From an uncultured Planctomycetales bacterium (GTDB lineage Bacteria; Planctomycetota; Phycisphaerae; UBA1845; PWPN01): a stretch of 64,000 bases of DNA. Positions within the stretch are counted from its first letter, which is position 1. The number at the start of each line of letters is the position of its first letter. Under the pieces are notes generated by a model. That model had not been told where the DNA came from and did no database searches. It saw only the letters and a list, made by a program, of their open reading frames with translations. The DNA lies in assembly GCA_964618455.1 (NCBI GenBank), contig CAZUAQ010000031.1, forward strand, positions 2,672 to 66,671, written 5' to 3'. A program made the position numbers and the translations under genes. Below are positions 39,501 through 48,519 of this stretch, in pieces.

Positions 39501-40979
39501 CGTGTGAATCGAGAGGCGGGAGGGCGATACGGTCGCCGCAGCGAGGAGCGACTCGGTGGATATCGGGTTCCAGGCATGGACCGACCACTCGACATCGGAG
39601 TTGAACTCGACCGTCGTCTGATCAAGATTGCATTTGAGATGCGAAAGTACGACGTGACCTTCCCGCCGATCGAGCACGACCTTGGCGTGCAGATCTTTGT
39701 GCACACCCTCATGCAGATGCATCAGCTTGGCGTCCTCCTCGCGCCAGATCCAGGAGGAAGCTGATCCGTCCAGGGCGAGGTTGAGGCGATCCTGCGTACC
39801 GGAGGGATCAAGGGAGAGCGCGAAGGTCGCCTGGCCTTCGACCTCCAGCCCGGCCTGGGCCAACAGGGTCGCCACGGTCGGGAACTCCCTCATGAACTGG
39901 CTGAAATCCTTCACACGGCCTTCGACATGGATTTGAAACGGCTCGACCCCGATCTGGTCGATCAGCATGGTCGGTCCGGGCAGATCCTCGGGACGGGCAA
40001 CGCGCAGTCCCGGGGATTCAAACTCGAAGTCGTCAAGCAGCAATTCCTCAGTGGCGGGGTTGAACTGCCCACGCGAGGTAATTCGCGCATCGGGGATGCG
40101 ACTCTCTGAGGCCTCGCCCTTCCACGCCATGCTCACGCCATTCAGTGTGACATCCAGTTCGTACTGAAGTTTCATGGACGCCGGTGTGATCAGTTCGAGA
40201 TCCCCCGAGGTCTGCCCGCTCATCTTCTTGATAGGCAGTTCGCTGACCAGCGGGCCGGGGAGGGCATCGAGAACGAGATTGTTCCATGCGATACGCGTTT
40301 CGCCGTGAAAGGTCACTGCGCGATTGATCTGCGGGACGGTTATGCGCGACTGGACGGAAAAGCTATCCAGGATGCCTTCGGCGCTTGTCTCGTCGCCGTG
40401 CGTACTGCCTTCAACCTCGACCAGCCCCTTGTCGGGATCGATGCTGCACTGCACGCGTTTGAGTCCGAAGACTTGGTTGCCTTCGGGCATATGCAGGTGA
40501 CAAGCAGGATCAATCAGCAGGAATTCGAACGCCGGGAGCTGGTTGCTCTCTCCTATCTCCTGGAGGTTGGTGAGCCTGCCCTGATCGTCGAAGGCGAGCC
40601 AGACGCTCGGTTCCATCATCTCGATCCGGTCGACGCGCCCCGTCCACGCGGTGCGCAGAGGCGTGAAACCGCACGTCAACTTGCCGACGCTGACGAAATG
40701 GGGGAAGGCCTGATTCGGGGCGGCCTCGATGGTCAGGTCTTCGAACTGGATGCCTTCGCTCCAGCTGAGGGTGACGCGACCGACGCTCGCCTTCCGTCCC
40801 AGTCCATCGCTGAGCTGATTGCACAGGCGCTGGCCGATCCAGCCCGTCGGCAGCCACCAGGGCAGGGTCAGGTAGCCGGTCGCCAGGACACTCAGGAAGA
40901 TGGCGAGCGCGCGGAGGACACGTCGACGCCACAGGGGCCGCCGGTCCACGAATCCGTTGCTGTCGCCTGAGGTCGCCAT
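36567..40979 (-). CDS. AsmA-like large envelope protein
   Basis: 1470 aa; single N-terminal transmembrane anchor followed by long beta-strand-rich repeats. Confidence 0.6.
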   Translation of the reverse strand: MATSGDSNGFVDRRPLWRRRVLRALAIFLSVLATGYLTLPWWLPTGWIGQRLCNQLSDGLGRKASVGRVTLSWSEGIQFEDLTIEAAPNQAFPHFVSVGKLTCGFTPLRTAWTGRVDRIEMMEPSVWLAFDDQGRLTNLQEIGESNQLPAFEFLLIDPACHLHMPEGNQVFGLKRVQCSIDPDKGLVEVEGSTHGDETSAEGILDSFSVQSRITVPQINRAVTFHGETRIAWNNLVLDALPGPLVSELPIKKMSGQTSGDLELITPASMKLQYELDVTLNGVSMAWKGEASESRIPDARITSRGQFNPATEELLLDDFEFESPGLRVARPEDLPGPTMLIDQIGVEPFQIHVEGRVKDFSQFMREFPTVATLLAQAGLEVEGQATFALSLDPSGTQDRLNLALDGSASSWIWREEDAKLMHLHEGVHKDLHAKVVLDRREGHVVLSHLKCNLDQTTVEFNSDVEWSVHAWNPISTESLLAAATVSPSRLSIHTSAIERVISDIPLFERWVDADQWSGGFALDLRAEPRNDPEGIPQDVTLAVELHADTQTSLHAGEYWLKPEGEVLLARLETVLPRAPFDRIELPLLEFSQGDFRLATTPGRIPVKFRLAPTTNAPTRQGGFEGDVEWTLPLTIASIEKAIQRSPLLARWLNRADLELSGNVNATFSGTASTSPDETYLRHRLELVADDLTLSMPEVVSRSRGRPLRIMAEHEHRRILRGTEQSVRVHLNHPAATIDAAMTESSAPAGSIAPLRTVIIDAEFDEITRLGEELPILAPLLKEYRVKGDAEVHLDWMSTPDEQFGRLACNADAAQFLIPGETPLLKPMDVSSRLTTSWTTRQMQPSVYTLEIHDGTFTLDDTQLDSIAGDLTLSLADENRSNVREMERTPAGIAQQWFAVKTPSGQIDVNARIGRMSALTDQHPELKQELDRWQAQGHLSTSCGLTFDPQRLTLTWDADASRLSWDTPLNLVWHRREAKSFGQPLDAIGTLELTRDTSGRVSYTLDDARLSMHGADFLASGQWTIASHGSDILIEDGEIDIGLSVEDLNTVLAPRSQLADTASGELIAQSLWSCRQGRWSADSGMITMNDVSLTKADVEFALDGALEWDDQRIQADQLAWQFGSSLGNLSADLARHPKGKPGYVGLACRRLDVPTLKEDWGKVRSALPERPSTLPAGENSSLVDGRPPWVPAFLAYVREHDLRLNAHMDALAVILPPNVHAEVDAVSAAADLTGGEFNFTFSALADGGDVRGEMVTDFNVDDPQYHLTYEAKRLEPGPLVNAYLRQSFPGMTAEGPLTIIDETYQKLFPRAEEANPQVGEGELIIEGGVLSGRSAPKWLTRIFPKLNLTHYDFDYLHSWFEKLSSGRIRHRMILQGKFYNIYMDGYSDPDQRMKYQVGIDLLADFDSKYWMETGQGRIPLFVKSGVAQPDGTLANERITYETSAKILDTIFIKNNPVVTAYHAVVRKAKEAE

Positions 40980-41129
40980 CAGTTACTCGTCCCGGTGCGG
41001 TGGCATGATTCAGGAAGTGATTTTAACCTTGCCTGGTGATTTCGGCTACGTTCTTGTCGTTCTTCCGGGCTGCGGATATAAACACAACCTGCTGTATCGC
41101 CGCCATTTTCGGATGAGAGCGAGGTTCGC

Positions 41130-41612
41130 GTGCGAATCGGAATCATCTCCGACACACACGATCGACTTCCCGCGTTGGATCGCGGGTTGGAGGAACTGAA
41201 GGCGCGCGATATTCAGGCGATCATTCATCCCGGTGACGTGATCGCGCCGTTCGCCGCCAAGCGTCTGCTCGCCTGGGCCGGGCCGCTGCACATCGTCTAC
41301 GGGAATAACGACGGCGAACGCGCAGGACTGAAGAATGTCCTCCCGCAGATCCAGGACGGACCGCTGTGGGTGAATGTGGAAGGGTGTCGTATTCTGGTCC
41401 ATCACTTCATCGACTGGTGCGATCCCGAGGACGTGGCATCGGCTGATGTGACCATCACCGGACACACGCACGAGGTGGTCGTGGACCGGCGGGGCGATCG
41501 ACTGATCTTCAATCCGGGCGAGTGTTGCGGGTGGCTGACCGGGCGTTGCACGGTGGCGGTGCTGGAGACCGAGACGCGCGAAGTGGACGTGATTGAGGTG
41601 GGACGTGATTGA
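41130..41612 (+). CDS. metallophosphoesterase (YfcE family)
   Basis: ISDTHD, HPGD, YGNND, GHTH, NPGE. Confidence 0.9.
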   Translation: MRIGIISDTHDRLPALDRGLEELKARDIQAIIHPGDVIAPFAAKRLLAWAGPLHIVYGNNDGERAGLKNVLPQIQDGPLWVNVEGCRILVHHFIDWCDPEDVASADVTITGHTHEVVVDRRGDRLIFNPGECCGWLTGRCTVAVLETETREVDVIEVGRD

Positions 41613-41621
41613 GGTGAAGGT

Positions 41622-42047
41622 GTGAGCAATCGCAGGACTCGATATCGCTGGGTGGTTCTCTTCGGGGCGGCGTTAATGGTGCCGGCATGGACCGGGTGCG
41701 TCCGCCGGAATCTGACCATACGCACCGACCCGCAGGAGGCCCGAGTTTACCTGAACGACCGGATGGTCGGCACAAGCCCGGTGACGGTAGGATTCACGTG
41801 GTACGGGGATTACGACGTGGTTCTCCGCAAGGAGGGCTATGAGACTCTGAAGACGAACTTCCGGGTCCAGGCCCCGTGGTATCAGCTTCCGCCATTTGAC
41901 TTCGTGGCCGAGACGATGGTTCCCGGCACGATCGAGGACAACCATGAAGCCAGTTTCACGCTGACGCCCGCCGAGCCGGTCGATCACGAGGCCTTGGTGG
42001 AGACGGCGGCCGCTTTCCGGGAGGAAGCGATCTTCGGCAGCGAGTGA
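41622..42047 (+). CDS. PEGA-domain lipoprotein
   Basis: WTGC lipobox; TIRTDP..ARVYLN...VGTSP...LRKEGY. Confidence 0.82.
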   Translation: MSNRRTRYRWVVLFGAALMVPAWTGCVRRNLTIRTDPQEARVYLNDRMVGTSPVTVGFTWYGDYDVVLRKEGYETLKTNFRVQAPWYQLPPFDFVAETMVPGTIEDNHEASFTLTPAEPVDHEALVETAAAFREEAIFGSE

Positions 42048-42153
42048 ATCAAGCCCGGGGAGGACGGTGTGGCGTCCCAGGGGGCTTCCGGGCGGGGGGG
42101 CGACCCCCTTGAGCACGTGAAAGGTTCTATACCGCCTGGCGGCGCACCAGCAC

Positions 42154-42182
42154 TTGACGCGCCGTGTAACACTCGATTTAAT
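42154..42182 (+). promoter_or_regulatory. putative sigma70 promoter for tRNA-Ala
   Basis: TTGACG-N17-TTTAAT. Confidence 0.6.
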
Positions 42183-42272
42183 GAGAGTTTCGCGAGGGAA
42201 CGGCGGCCATGCCGAGACCCCTCGCTGTTGAAGACCCGTGGTTGAAACGGGACGGGACAGCTTCCAAGCTTC

Positions 42273-42345
<73 letters not shown>

Positions 42346-42350
42346 TCCGT

Positions 42351-42391
42351 AAGGGCTTGCAATCTATAGGGTTGTGAGCCTTCTTCTTTTT
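42351..42391 (+). terminator. probable intrinsic terminator after tRNA-Ala
   Basis: AAGGGCTTGCAATC ... GGGTTGTGAGCCTT imperfect stem followed by a T-rich run. Confidence 0.5.
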
Positions 42392-42590
42392 GGGGTATCT
42401 TTCAATCCCTGACCTATTCTGTGCCTTTCTGACGCTTGCGTGGTGGGGGGGCGGCGATGTTTCTGTAGAGCAGGAAGTTTGGACGAGAACTGAAATGATG
42501 TTACGCGCCATTTACGATTGAGCGCTCATCCGAAGGGTATTCTACAGGGAGGTGATTGTTCACGATGTCCCGACCCAAGGAGGACCGTTC

Positions 42591-44234
42591 ATGTGGTGTT
42601 TGCGTCATGTATGGGGCTTTCCCTTCATCCTGAGTGTCGGACTGTGTCTTGCGTGCGAAAAGGCGAGTCATGCCCGCGATCTCGACAACTCGCGCGATAA
42701 CCGAATCGCCGACTGGACCTCCACCGCGCTCTCGGCAGATTTGGAGAAGGCCGACGATGCCATTGCCGGGTTACGTGCTCTGGGGGCCGACGGGCTCACT
42801 GCGTTGATGGCGGCACATGCCGACGAGATCGCACGGATTCAAACATCCCTCGACGCAGACCGGGTTGTGACAGACACCAAGCAGGTCCGCCTGCTGAAGG
42901 CGATCGATCGTGTCGCCGGTCAGAAGGATGCTCTGTACTCAAGGCTGTACTGGTACACCGACATCGAGGCCGCCAAGCGCGACGCCGATGTCCACGATCG
43001 ACCGATCCTGTCGCTTCGGTTGCTCGGTCGGCTGGATGAAGAGTTGTCGTGTGCGAACAGCCGATTGTTCCGCACGGCACTGTACGCGAATCACGAGGTC
43101 GCCGAGTATCTCCGTGATCACTTCACACTGCATTGGGAAAGCATCCGGCCGGTGCCGAAGATCACGATCGAGTTCGGGGATGGTCGCACGATCTGCTCGA
43201 CTCTGACTGGCAACAGTATCCACTACGTGCTCGATGTGCATGGCCGACCCATTGACGCAGTGCCGGGACTCTACAATCCAGCGGCGTTCATTCGTGTGTT
43301 GCGCAGGGTTTCCGAGCCGGCCGAACAACTGGGCGAGATGAACGGCAAACAGCGCGTGGAATTCCTGGCGAAGTTTCACACGGAGCGACTGGAGCGTCTC
43401 CGTCAGCAATGGCAGGTCGATCTGTTCCGAGTGAAAGGGATTGCACTGCAATCTCCAGAGACTCCCGGCGGTACAATCGAAACCAGGCGGGGACTGCCGC
43501 TGATCGAGGTGGCGGAAAACGGAGCATTGGCGAACAAGCCAATCCAACCGGCAGTTGCTGCTCAGCAGCTCACCGTGGGCAAGTTGGTTGTCGAAATGCC
43601 GGTGCTCGCGAACCTACTGCCGGTTGCCTCATCGCAGGTGGCCGCTTCGGGGAATGTGTCTGAAATCACCGAAAACGCAAATCGTAACGCCCCGCGAGCG
43701 CAGGCGGAACCACGGGCTTCAAGTTTGGTCCAGGGATCCGGCGAAGAACGCATGCTGGTGGACATTCTGCCATTGCTCAGGGCATTGGAAGATGCCACGG
43801 ACGACCGTGCCTGGAGCGCGATGAGTCGGCGATATTTCGCTGAATCGACGTTGGATGCCGGCAGCCGGAAGTTGTTTCGCCATAAACATCGCGACGTGTC
43901 GCGCCTGGTGAACGGCGCGGCTGATGGGGCAGAGGTGACGGCGGCGATTCAAGTATTTGAGCGCAACATGGCCGAGGATACGCTGCGAAATGAGTACAGG
44001 CTGCATCGCCACATTCACGAATGGTTTGCCCGCTCTTCCCCGGAGACCGCTGAGGTGTCCCGGCTCAATTCGCGCGTCTACGACGAGTTGTTTCTCAGCC
44101 CTGAGAGTGATCCCTGGATGGGGCTGCTGCGATCGGAAGTGTACTCGGCGCTTCCAGCCGGTGGCGCGACCGAGTCATTCGGAAATGCGCAGTCAGCCAC
44201 ACTCGCCGGCGAATCATCACGGAGTCATCGCTAG
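42591..44234 (+). CDS. hypothetical exported protein with thioredoxin-like (SelN C-domain-like) segment
   Basis: AAGGAGG RBS; possible lipobox CLAC; LYWYTD.EAAK..A....RPILSLRLLGRLDEELSCANSRLFR...F.LHW pattern. Confidence 0.6.
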   Translation: MWCLRHVWGFPFILSVGLCLACEKASHARDLDNSRDNRIADWTSTALSADLEKADDAIAGLRALGADGLTALMAAHADEIARIQTSLDADRVVTDTKQVRLLKAIDRVAGQKDALYSRLYWYTDIEAAKRDADVHDRPILSLRLLGRLDEELSCANSRLFRTALYANHEVAEYLRDHFTLHWESIRPVPKITIEFGDGRTICSTLTGNSIHYVLDVHGRPIDAVPGLYNPAAFIRVLRRVSEPAEQLGEMNGKQRVEFLAKFHTERLERLRQQWQVDLFRVKGIALQSPETPGGTIETRRGLPLIEVAENGALANKPIQPAVAAQQLTVGKLVVEMPVLANLLPVASSQVAASGNVSEITENANRNAPRAQAEPRASSLVQGSGEERMLVDILPLLRALEDATDDRAWSAMSRRYFAESTLDAGSRKLFRHKHRDVSRLVNGAADGAEVTAAIQVFERNMAEDTLRNEYRLHRHIHEWFARSSPETAEVSRLNSRVYDELFLSPESDPWMGLLRSEVYSALPAGGATESFGNAQSATLAGESSRSHR

Positions 44235-44236
44235 CA

Positions 44237-44557
44237 TCAGGATCCCAAACGCCGTGAGGCCGAGACCGCGTGTTCACGCTGTTCGGCATCAAGCGTCGAG
44301 GCAACCAAAGCGCGAATCGCCAGCAGCACACCCTATCCCCCGAATGCGGCGAGCAGGAGTCCGGCGGTCGCTCCGAAGGGTCCGAGCAGAGAAAGACTGT
44401 CCACGAAGATGGAGAGTTGGCCGTCCGATACAAAGTAGAGTGCAGCCAGAAAGACGCCACAAAACACGCCGAGACTGATTCCGGCGCTGAAATCGCGTGG
44501 TTTCGTGGGGATGACGGTGGCATAGGGGATCTGCTCGGGTATCGGCCGGCTCGACAT
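44237..44557 (-). pseudogene. small membrane protein gene with internal TAG (44333-44335)
   Basis: AAGGAG RBS and ATG at 44557; hydrophobic sequence continues in frame past the TAG (LLLAAFGG*GVLLAIRALVAS) to TGA at 44237-44239. Confidence 0.45.
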
Positions 44558-44760
44558 GACACGTCTCCTTGCGGCGGTATTCGGACGAACGGGGACGGTG
44601 TGCCCCGGTGGAGGTATTGGCCATGGAGGTGTCGACTCTGAATCCGGGGGACCACTCGGAAACGCCGGTTTACGCCAAGTCGGCAATGGGCTAATATGGT
44701 TGAGGTCGGTGGCAGATGGGCCTCCCTTTTCATCCGGGGGCCGCCTCCGCCGAATGAGCA

Positions 44761-44836
44761 CGGGGCGTAGCTCAGCCTGGTCTAGAGCGCTTGACTGGGG
44801 GTCAAGAGGTCGGAAGTTCGAATCTTCTCGCCCCGA
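44761..44836 (+). tRNA. tRNA-Pro(GGG)
   Basis: CGGGGCG/CGCCCCG acceptor stem, CTTGA-CT-GGG-GG-TCAAG anticodon arm, GTTCGAATC T-loop; CCA not encoded. Confidence 0.97.
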
Positions 44837-44959
44837 TTGATGTAAACGCTTGCCAATTCACATGTTGCAAGCTTGCTCTCCAAGCCCGTCATTTCCCCTC
44901 ATAGACCACTCGAAACCAATTCGCGACCAAAACCGCATAGTCCGCGAGGAGGTTTTGAC

Positions 44960-45238
44960 ATGGCCAGCCGGTGGCGAGGCTTCGGCATCACCCGACGCAA
45001 AGGCAAGCGCCGCACCACCGACCAGGTGACCTGCTACGACCCGCGTCGGCGACGCAAGGCGAATGGTCGCTCGTTCCATGCGCACAGTCTCGCCAAGGAA
45101 CACGCCCGCAAGTTCGAGCTGTACATCAACGGGGCGGGGCCGCCGCCGGAGCCGGCGCTTCAGCCGGAACCGAAGCTCGAATCGGAACCCACAGAAAACC
45201 CATCCTCCGAGCCGGCCCTGCGCTCATGCCCTTTCTGA
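44960..45238 (+). pseudogene. possible truncated integrase (arm-binding N-terminal domain plus Pro/Glu linker)
   Basis: GAGGAGG RBS; highly basic 92-aa ORF about 125 bp after tRNA-Pro; no catalytic R-H-R-Y domain follows. Confidence 0.4.
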
Positions 45239-45276
45239 TGCGCGATGCGTTGCCGGGCAGAGGGATGAAAATCGGC

Positions 45277-45999
45277 TCACGAGGCGTGTCGCGTTGCTCC
45301 GGGTGCAGGTGAGGAGAGGATGGGGTCTGCGGACGTCGTGGTCTGGTCGTGAACGATCTTTCCAGCCTCCATGCCGAGTTGACGGGTGACCGGCAACCCG
45401 GGGTGAATGCCGTGCGTGGCCATGATGACCGTCCCGCCATCATCGACAAAGGATTGCAGGGCCCGGAAGACTTCTTCCGCGGCATTGGGGTCGAGACTGC
45501 CGGTCGGTTCGTCGGCGAAGAGGATTGCCGGTTGGTTGATCATGGCCCTCGCCACCGCCACACGCTGACGTTCGCCGGTACTCAGTTGGCCGGGCAGATG
45601 TGACATCCGCTTCCCCAGGCCGAAGCGGTTCAGCAGAGTGGCGGCCTGGTCCCGCGCGACGGCATCCGTCTGAAGCGAAGGCAACGCAACATTGTCCAGC
45701 GCCGACATGAAGGGCAACAGGTGGAAGAGCTGGAAGACGAAGCCTGCCCGTTCAGCACGGAAGCGATCGCGCTGGGTCTCAGACAGTGCGTACGGCCGGC
45801 GACCGTCGAGTTCGACCTCGCCCGAGGTCGGCGTGAGCAGCCCGCCGGCCACCATCAGCAAGGTCGACTTCCCGCAGCCGCTCGGACCGCGCAATACCAC
45901 AAACTCACCCGGGCCGATCCTCAGATCGATGTCCTGAAGCGCGCTCACCTTGCGTTGCCGTCCGGTGTAGACATGATTGACACACTGAAGCGAAAGCAC
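45277..45999 (-). CDS. ABC transporter ATP-binding protein (LolD/MacB-like)
   Basis: GPSGCGKST, GFVFQLFHL, LSTGERQRVAVAR, FADEPTG. Confidence 0.93.
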   Translation of the reverse strand: MLSLQCVNHVYTGRQRKVSALQDIDLRIGPGEFVVLRGPSGCGKSTLLMVAGGLLTPTSGEVELDGRRPYALSETQRDRFRAERAGFVFQLFHLLPFMSALDNVALPSLQTDAVARDQAATLLNRFGLGKRMSHLPGQLSTGERQRVAVARAMINQPAILFADEPTGSLDPNAAEEVFRALQSFVDDGGTVIMATHGIHPGLPVTRQLGMEAGKIVHDQTTTSADPILSSPAPGATRHAS

Positions 46000-46015
46000 G
46001 AGTCACTCCCGATGG

Positions 46016-47167
46016 CTATTCCTGGATCATGGTCCTGGCAGGATCCCGCGTGGCCCCGACCATGGCCGGGGCCCAGCCTGCCGCGATGGTCATCAACGGT
46101 GCGAGGACAATCGCCCAACCCACCGTCATGACGTCGAAGGATACCGACTTGGGTGAGAGCTTGAACACGCTGGGGCCCAACGCCGTGGCGATCCAACCAC
46201 CGAGAAGCGCTCCCGCAACGGCCCCGAGCAAGCCGAGACCGCCGTTGCGCATCAAAAGCAGCATGACCACCCGAATACGACTGAACCCCACCGCGCGGAG
46301 CATGCCGATCTCGTTCACGCGGTCCTGCACGTTGATCATCGAGAGGGCCCCGATCCAGGCGGCGCAGAGGATCAGGATGACCGTTGAGCCGATCGTGACG
46401 AAGCGCTCTGCCGTCGATCGCTGCCGCAAGCGCGCCTGGGCCATGCTCTCGTGGCGAATGACACGCGTTCCGGGCAGCAGGGATTCGATCTCGTTCTGGA
46501 GGCGCTTGAGGGGATCAGGCTCGTCATCGGAACAGTGACATTCGAGGGCCTGGATCTCGTTGATGCGTCCGGGAAGTCCGAGCAAATTCTGGACGTCGGC
46601 CAATGAGGCGTAGACACGTGCATCCTCCATCGTGCCGGTCTGGGCGAGAATGGCGTCGATGATGAACGATTCGCCCATGAGTTCCACGGTCTGGCCGCGT
46701 TGAAGCGAGAGGGTCTCCGCGACGGCGGAGCCGACACGAATCCGACCCGGCTCCACGTCCATGCCGAAGACGTGTTTCTTTGTGCTGCCGATGAATCGTT
46801 CCTCCGCCAGGCCGGTCAGCATGATCTCGGCGGTGGCCTGCGGGGTGGTCCATTCGATGCGGCGATGGAGCAGAGGGATCAGGCGGTTGGCAACCGACTG
46901 ATCCCGCACCTGATCGATGTACGCTTCGGGCATCGTCGCCTCCGACCAGCCGCGGGCCCAGTAGCGATCGAGATTCTCCGCGGACGAGATGATTCGGACA
47001 TTCAGTCCGGCATCGCGCTGAATGATGCGCGTTTCATTTGCGCTCGCGCGCGACATCGTGATGAAGAAGATGACGGCGGCGACCGCGGCGGCGACCGCGA
47101 TCGTTGTCAGCCCGGCCGTGAGCCGCCGATGCCAGGCTTCCGCCAGCGCGACCCTGATCAACTTCAT
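46016..47167 (-). CDS. ABC transporter permease (FtsX/MacB-like)
   Basis: 1 TM, periplasmic domain, then 3 TM; DRVNEIGMLRAVG motif; contains ALECHC. Confidence 0.88.
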   Translation of the reverse strand: MKLIRVALAEAWHRRLTAGLTTIAVAAAVAAVIFFITMSRASANETRIIQRDAGLNVRIISSAENLDRYWARGWSEATMPEAYIDQVRDQSVANRLIPLLHRRIEWTTPQATAEIMLTGLAEERFIGSTKKHVFGMDVEPGRIRVGSAVAETLSLQRGQTVELMGESFIIDAILAQTGTMEDARVYASLADVQNLLGLPGRINEIQALECHCSDDEPDPLKRLQNEIESLLPGTRVIRHESMAQARLRQRSTAERFVTIGSTVILILCAAWIGALSMINVQDRVNEIGMLRAVGFSRIRVVMLLLMRNGGLGLLGAVAGALLGGWIATALGPSVFKLSPKSVSFDVMTVGWAIVLAPLMTIAAGWAPAMVGATRDPARTMIQE

Positions 47168-48519
47168 GTCGATCTCCGCTTCAGGAAGAAGGCCGAGGCG
47201 CCGCCGACAAGGCCGGCGACCACAATGCCCCCGAGAATCAGCGCCCATGGAGGAAGAGTGTATTCCACTTCAGCTTCATCGACATGGAACTGGAACCGCT
47301 TACCGGCAAGATCCTTGCCATCGTGTGCAACAGATAAGGATTCTCTACCATCCGACACACCATCTTGATCCTGCAAAGCGTCACCAGGCTTGATATCACC
47401 GCCGGCCCGCGCCTTCGCCACGATGCGTTCGATTTCGTCTCGCGATTCGGGGATGTCCTGCCCATCATCGTCGTTGGCGCCTTGCGATTCGGCGAGGACG
47501 GGCTCGCCGATCTGAATCTCCCTGTAACCGAACAGCATCGACGCGGCGTCATCCTCCGTCTTGTGTTGCACGTTTGCGTTGTTCTCCATCGGCCCTCGCT
47601 GAAGGATGCGTACGGCCTCGGCGCGGACCATGGGACTGGAGGGATCGAACCCGAGAATGTCGAAGGCTTTCTGCCGCATGTCGGCCGCCCAGGTGTGAGG
47701 AAGGTGCGGCTCGTTGAACCAGTCGCGCGCCGTCTCACATTCACAACTCTGACCGATGGTGACGAGTTGGCGTAGTATCGCGATCGGGTCGGCGGGATCG
47801 CCCGTCAGCGGAGAGCCGGCGCGCTTGGCCCGACCGTAAATCACCGCCAGGGCGGGATCCCTCGTTCGAAGTTCGCTCAGCCCGAGGGCCCACAGCGTGA
47901 CGCGCTCCTGTTCACGTTCGGCGAGAGGAAGGGGGACGGTTTGAATACGACCGATGAGTTCGCGCGGCAGTTCGCTCTCCACGCTGCGGAGCAATTCGAT
48001 GGCACGCGAAGTCGCAGCGGCGTACTGACGGTTGACGGATGCGTCTTCGCCTTCCACGAGTAGGATATAGGCAAAGGTAGACAGCGCTTCGTTCACGAAG
48101 CGATCCCGCAGGGGAGAACGCAAGGTTTGTTTCGCGATCTCTTCCACGGGAGTGGTCTGTTCCCGTTGCCGCAGGATGAGAGGGTGCCGCGAGGCGTGAT
48201 GCAGAACGAACTGTGTACCGCTCTCATCGGAAAGTGCCTGGACGGCGGGATGATCCCCCCGTTCCGCGCGGTCCAGATGCATGACGCGAACGTTGCTTCG
48301 GTCGAAGGCCGACCTGATTTGATCGAGAACCGTTTGATCGATTTCCGGTCCGTCCGTGACCACGCAGAGTTCGTATGCCGGTCCGGCCAGATGGATGAAG
48401 CCGAAGTCGCGCACGGTGTACTTGCAGCCGAGCACCTCGGGCAAGGCGTGAGAATGAAGCAGCCCGGCAAGGCAGAGCAGCGGGATGAGTGGCGAGCGGC
48501 AGGGCATGCTATCTCTCAT
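47164..48519 (-). CDS. hypothetical exported protein with C-terminal membrane anchor
   Basis: Signal-like N-terminus, CKYTVRD and SCECE motifs, acidic linker, C-terminal TM helix followed by KRR; overlaps both neighbours. Confidence 0.75.
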   Translation of the reverse strand: MRDSMPCRSPLIPLLCLAGLLHSHALPEVLGCKYTVRDFGFIHLAGPAYELCVVTDGPEIDQTVLDQIRSAFDRSNVRVMHLDRAERGDHPAVQALSDESGTQFVLHHASRHPLILRQREQTTPVEEIAKQTLRSPLRDRFVNEALSTFAYILLVEGEDASVNRQYAAATSRAIELLRSVESELPRELIGRIQTVPLPLAEREQERVTLWALGLSELRTRDPALAVIYGRAKRAGSPLTGDPADPIAILRQLVTIGQSCECETARDWFNEPHLPHTWAADMRQKAFDILGFDPSSPMVRAEAVRILQRGPMENNANVQHKTEDDAASMLFGYREIQIGEPVLAESQGANDDDGQDIPESRDEIERIVAKARAGGDIKPGDALQDQDGVSDGRESLSVAHDGKDLAGKRFQFHVDEAEVEYTLPPWALILGGIVVAGLVGGASAFFLKRRST

